DNA of 26,759 nucleotides from a virus (Duplodnaviria; Heunggongvirae; Uroviricota; Caudoviricetes): IMG/VR virus record IMGVR_UViG_2531839665_000020, positions 1 to 26,759 of that record; one strand, 5' to 3'. Shown piece by piece: positions 22,704 to 26,759 of this stretch (position 1 is its first letter; each line of letters starts with the position of its first letter). The notes under the pieces were generated by a model. It saw only the letters and a program-made list of their open reading frames with translations, ran no database searches and was not told where the DNA came from. The position numbers and the translations under genes were made by a program.

Positions 22704-25121
22704 ATGAACGCTGATAAAGAAGAAATTGCACTATATTACGAAGCCAAAAATGACAAAGTCAGAAAACGCCTTGGGATTAAAGGTGGTTTTTACTGGCGCA
22801 CAGCAAAAAAATTATCGGTTGCAATATCACGTGGTGTTGCTGCAATGGACGATGCCGGATTTGACGAAGAGGATTTTAAAAAACCCATCCGCGTCCATTT
22901 ACCCGTTGTGAATGACCTTCCACCGGAAGGTGTGTTTGATACTGAATTCTGCAACCGATACGAAAAAGGCGGAGAAGATGGTATCACAATGATACTTATC
23001 GCGCCCTCTGTTCCGGACAAACCAGCCAGTACTGACAATACCAACGTCAACGGCGAAGACATGGCTAAGATTGAGGAGAATATGCTTCTTCCGGTTTCAG
23101 GTCAGATTCTGCCTGTTCGCTGGCTGGCGCAACACAACAGCGAAAAACCGCTCACGCACGTTTCACTGGACAAACTGCGCGCATTACATAACGCACAGGA
23201 TGAAAAACTTCCCGCCGTTACCGCGCTGGCCATCTCAAATAAAGCAGTGCAACTCGAACCGCTGGAGCTTCGGGATTTGTACAAACTGGTGCGAGACACT
23301 GACAAAGTTTTCCCCGCCCCCGTAAATTCGGACCTGGGACTGATGACCTCTTTTATCGAAGCATACCTGGGCGCTGACTACACCGATCGCGGTCTGCTTA
23401 CAAAAGAGTGGATGAAAGGAAATCGTGTTTCACGCATCAGCCGCACGCCATCCGGCGCTAACGCTGGCGGCGGCATTCTTACCGATCGCGGCGAAGGTTT
23501 TGTCCACGATGATGCGTCAGTGGCGCGTGACGTAGCCACTGGCGTACTGGCCCGTTCAATGGACGTGGATATTTATAACCTTCATCCCGCGCACGCTAAA
23601 CGCATTGAGGAAATTATCGCTGAAAATAAACCGCCATTTTCTGTGTTTTTCAGCAAATTCATCACCATGCCGGGCCACAAGGATTACTCCCGCGCCATCG
23701 TGGTTGCGTCCGTGAAAGAAGCACCAATTGGTATAGAGGCTACTCCCCACCGTGTCACCGAATACCTGAATAAGGTGCTGACTGAAACCGATCATGCCAC
23801 CCCTGATCCGGAAATCGTGGATATTGCCTGTGGTCGCTCCTCTGCCCCGATGCCGCAGCGTGTAACAAAAGAAGGAAAACAGGATGATGAAGAAAAACCG
23901 CAGCCATCTGGCGCAATGGCAGATGAACAGGCAACGACTGAAGCAGTGGAACCGGATACAACTGAACATAATCAGGACACGCAGTCGATGGATGCTCAGC
24001 CACAGATAAATTCTGTTGATGCGAAATATCAGAAACTGCGTGCAGAACTCCATGAAGCCAAGAAAAACATTCCACCCAAAAATCCTGTCGATGCAGATAA
24101 ATTACTGGCTGCTTCTCGAGGAGAATTTGTTGAAGGGATTAGCGACCCGAATGATCCAAAATGGGTGAAGGGGATCCAGAGTCGCGATGATGATGACCAG
24201 AATCAGGATAAAGCGGAACAAAACAGCCCAAATGCGTTACAAAACGAGCCAAAAACAAAACAACCTGAACCAGTAGTGCAACAAGAACCAGAAAAAGTTT
24301 GCACCACATGTGGTCAGACCGATGGCGGCAACTGCCCTGATTGTGGAGCGGTAATGGGTGACGCAACCTACCAAGAGACATTCAACGAAGAAAGCCAGGA
24401 TGAAGCCCGGAAAAAAAATCCGGAGGAAATGGAAAATGCCGTGCTCCCGAATAAGCAATGCACCGAAGGCGATCAACATGCCAATGGCAATAATGAAACA
24501 GGCGAGACAGCAAATCCCTTAATTACGGTGAACGGTCATCACGTTATCACATCCACCAGCAGGACGTGTGACCATCTAATGATCGACCTTAAAACCATGG
24601 GAAAAAATCCTGATGCCCCGATTATCTCAATAGGTGCAATATTTTTCGATCCGCAAACCGGAGATATGGGACCGGAATTTAGTAAGACTATCGATCTGGA
24701 AACTGCTGGCGGAGTCATTGATCGGGACACCATTAAACGGTGGCTTAAGCAATCACGCGAAGCGCAATCTGCCATTATGACCGATGAAATCCCGTTAGAT
24801 GATGCACTGTTACAATTGCGGGAATTTATCGACGAAAACTCCGGTGAATTTTTTGTTCAGGTCTGGGGAAATGGAGCCAACTTCGACAACACGATTTTGC
24901 GCCGTTCATACGAACGGCAGGGGATCCCCTGCCCGTGGCGTTACTACAACGATCGCGATGTACGCACAATCGTTGAGCTGGGGAAAGCCATAGACTTCGA
25001 TGTCAGAACTGCTATCCCATTCGAAGGTGAGCGCCATAATGCACTTGATGACGCCCGTTATCAGGCAAAATACGTTTCAGCTATCTGGAAAAAACTGATC
25101 CCGAGTCAGGCTGATTTTTAA
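22704..25121 (+). CDS. Large early-left protein with C-terminal DEDD-type (DnaQ/Rv2179c-like) 3'-5' exonuclease-like domain and internal zinc ribbon
   Basis: 805 aa; C-terminal motifs LMIDLKTMG...[24 protein letters not shown] and [10 protein letters not shown] align to DEDD exo motifs [20 protein letters not shown] zinc ribbon in an acidic low-complexity linker; ATG preceded by GAGG. Confidence 0.8.
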   Translation: MNADKEEIALYYEAKNDKVRKRLGIKGGFYWRTAKKLSVAISRGVAAMDDAGFDEEDFKKPIRVHLPVVNDLPPEGVFDTEFCNRYEKGGEDGITMILIAPSVPDKPASTDNTNVNGEDMAKIEENMLLPVSGQILPVRWLAQHNSEKPLTHVSLDKLRALHNAQDEKLPAVTALAISNKAVQLEPLELRDLYKLVRDTDKVFPAPVNSDLGLMTSFIEAYLGADYTDRGLLTKEWMKGNRVSRISRTPSGANAGGGILTDRGEGFVHDDASVARDVATGVLARSMDVDIYNLHPAHAKRIEEIIAENKPPFSVFFSKFITMPGHKDYSRAIVVASVKEAPIGIEATPHRVTEYLNKVLTETDHATPDPEIVDIACGRSSAPMPQRVTKEGKQDDEEKPQPSGAMADEQATTEAVEPDTTEHNQDTQSMDAQPQINSVDAKYQKLRAELHEAKKNIPPKNPVDADKLLAASRGEFVEGISDPNDPKWVKGIQSRDDDDQNQDKAEQNSPNALQNEPKTKQPEPVVQQEPEKVCTTCGQTDGGNCPDCGAVMGDATYQETFNEESQDEARKKNPEEMENAVLPNKQCTEGDQHANGNNETGETANPLITVNGHHVITSTSRTCDHLMIDLKTMGKNPDAPIISIGAIFFDPQTGDMGPEFSKTIDLETAGGVIDRDTIKRWLKQSREAQSAIMTDEIPLDDALLQLREFIDENSGEFFVQVWGNGANFDNTILRRSYERQGIPCPWRYYNDRDVRTIVELGKAIDFDVRTAIPFEGERHNALDDARYQAKYVSAIWKKLIPSQADF

Positions 25122-25192
25122 TGTTCAACCGTCGTCGGTTGCAATTGGTATTCTGCAACCGGCGTTCATCTGATGTAAGAGATAAAGAATCG

Positions 25193-25444
25193 ATGAGCGA
25201 AGTAATCATGATCGTCTCTCCTGGCAAATGGGTATCCGAAGAGCAGTTAATTGCACTTAAAGGAATCAAAAAGGGAACGCTAAAAAAAGCCAGGGAAAAA
25301 TCGTTTATGGAAGGAAGGGAATATAAGCATGTCGCTCATGACGGTATGCCATGGGATAACAGTCCATGCTTTTACAACCTGGAAGAAATTGATCGCTGGA
25401 TTGAGCGCCAGGCATCTGCAAGACCAAGACGTCATCTTGCTTGA
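25193..25444 (+). CDS. xis: Excisionase-like protein
   Basis: Internal ATG with AAGAGA SD; 83-aa product MSEVIMIVSPGKWVSEEQLIALKGIKKGTLKKAREKSFMEGREYKHV...; sits immediately upstream of the integrase. Confidence 0.6.
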   Translation: MSEVIMIVSPGKWVSEEQLIALKGIKKGTLKKAREKSFMEGREYKHVAHDGMPWDNSPCFYNLEEIDRWIERQASARPRRHLA

Positions 25445-25478
25445 CTAAAAGCAACACGAACCAATGAGAGAAGCTGAA

Positions 25479-26759
25479 ATGAAATATCCGACAGGCGTGG
25501 AAAACCATGGAGGGAAATTACGTATCTGGTTTGTTTATAAAGGTGTAAGAGTCCGGGAAAATCTTGGGGTTCCTGACACAGCAAAAAACAGGCGCATTGC
25601 AGGTGAGCTACGCGCCTCTGTTTGTTACGCAATAAAAACTGGCGCTTTCGACTATGCAAAACAGTTTCCCGCCTCACACAATCTGGAAAAATTTGGTGAG
25701 GCCCGACAAGATTTAACCATAAAAGAACTGGCTGAAAAATTTCTGGCACTGAAAGAAACTGAAGTCGCAAAAACGTCACTCAACACGTACCGTGCCGTCA
25801 TCAAAAATATTCTGAGCATAATCGGTGAAAAAAATCTTGCATCATCGATTAATAAAGAAAAATTGCTGGCGGTACGTAAAGAGTTACTGACTGGATACCA
25901 GATCCCCAAAAGTAACTATATTGTTACACAACCAGGGAGATCGGCTGTTACCGTAAATAATTACATGACAAATCTTTACGCCGTGTTCCAGTTTGGTGTT
26001 GATAACGGTTATCTGGCAAACAATCCATTTAAGGGGATCTCACCATTAAAGGAGTCGAGAACCATCCCGGATCCACTTTCGCGGGAGGAGTTTATCCGCC
26101 TTATTGACGCGTGCAGAAATCAGCAAGCCAAAAATTTATGGTGTGTTTCCGTTTATACTGGGATTCGCCCTGGTGAACTGTGTGCGCTTGGATGGGAAGA
26201 TATAGATCTGAAAAATGGAACAATGATAATCAGAAGAAATCTGGCAAAAGACCGTTTTACAGTACCAAAAACACAGGCGGGAACCAATCGTGTGATTCAC
26301 CTTATTAATCCCGCAATCGACGCTCTCCGGAGTCAGATGGCACTAACGAGACTGAGCAAAGAGCATATCATCGATGTTCACCTCAGAGAATTCGGCAGAA
26401 CAGAGAAACAAAAATGTACCTTTGTTTTTCAACCTGAAGTGTCAGCGAAAGTAAAAAATTATGGTGACCATTTTACCGTTGACTCAATAAGGCAGATGTG
26501 GGACGCAGCGGTAAAGCGTGCCGGAATCCGCCATCGCAAATCGTATCAGTCGAGACACACTTATGCCTGCTGGTCGTTAACAGCAGGAGCTAACCCGGCA
26601 TTCATTGCAAACCAGATGGGCCATGCAGATGCGCAAATGGTGTTTCAGGTGTACGGGAAATGGATGTCAGAAAATAATAATGCGCAGGTAACGCTGTTAA
26701 ATACACAGTTAAGCGAGTTTGCCCCAACCATGCCCCATAACGAAGCGATGAAAAGTTAA
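25479..26759 (+). CDS. int: Tyrosine integrase (lambda Int family)
   Basis: C-terminal catalytic region ...RHTYACWSLTAGANPAFIANQMGHADAQMVFQVYGKW with conserved R/H/Y context; start taken at MKYPTGVE (an in-frame ATG at 25464 is also possible); stop is the last codon of the window. Confidence 0.85.
   Translation: MKYPTGVENHGGKLRIWFVYKGVRVRENLGVPDTAKNRRIAGELRASVCYAIKTGAFDYAKQFPASHNLEKFGEARQDLTIKELAEKFLALKETEVAKTSLNTYRAVIKNILSIIGEKNLASSINKEKLLAVRKELLTGYQIPKSNYIVTQPGRSAVTVNNYMTNLYAVFQFGVDNGYLANNPFKGISPLKESRTIPDPLSREEFIRLIDACRNQQAKNLWCVSVYTGIRPGELCALGWEDIDLKNGTMIIRRNLAKDRFTVPKTQAGTNRVIHLINPAIDALRSQMALTRLSKEHIIDVHLREFGRTEKQKCTFVFQPEVSAKVKNYGDHFTVDSIRQMWDAAVKRAGIRHRKSYQSRHTYACWSLTAGANPAFIANQMGHADAQMVFQVYGKWMSENNNAQVTLLNTQLSEFAPTMPHNEAMKS

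Noticed and set aside
1-26759. CRISPR arrays or rRNA genes
   Set aside because: No regularly spaced direct repeats with unique spacers and no rRNA-like conserved sequence detected anywhere in the window.

Overview
This window is about 23 kb of a lambdoid prophage (Qin/Rac-like early region, lambda-type cos) abutting two IS66-family elements at its left edge. Everything here is read by eye from the sequence and ORF track; no searches were run, so family names are recalled motif matches, not database hits. From right to left: tyrosine integrase and excisionase; an 805-aa early protein with a C-terminal DEDD-type exonuclease-like domain; the dicA/dicC immunity switch with a ydfA-ydfB-ydfC-dicF-dicB-ydfD operon; YdaT-like, O-like (DnaT-type C-terminus, iterons) and P-like replication genes; a winged-helix protein and a decayed multi-frameshift gene; an orphan ModA-like periplasmic binding protein; a hok-type type I toxin locus; nin-type genes (DUF968/HNH-like, RusA); antiterminator Q with PR' and tR'; a stx-less moron slot holding a disrupted TerB-like gene; NanS-p-type sialate O-acetylesterase; a lysis cassette (pinholin S, SAR endolysin R, Rz/Rz1) interrupted by unassigned genes; a PerC-family regulator; a lambda-identical cos site and Nu1-like small terminase. 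The large terminase gene is cut after about 44 codons by the IS66 elements, so the prophage is probably packaging-defective. The best candidates for undescribed function are the convergent gene pair between holin and endolysin, the orphan ModA-like binding protein unit, and the antisense zinc-ribbon gene inserted in the dicB operon. No tRNA, rRNA, CRISPR or stx genes were found.
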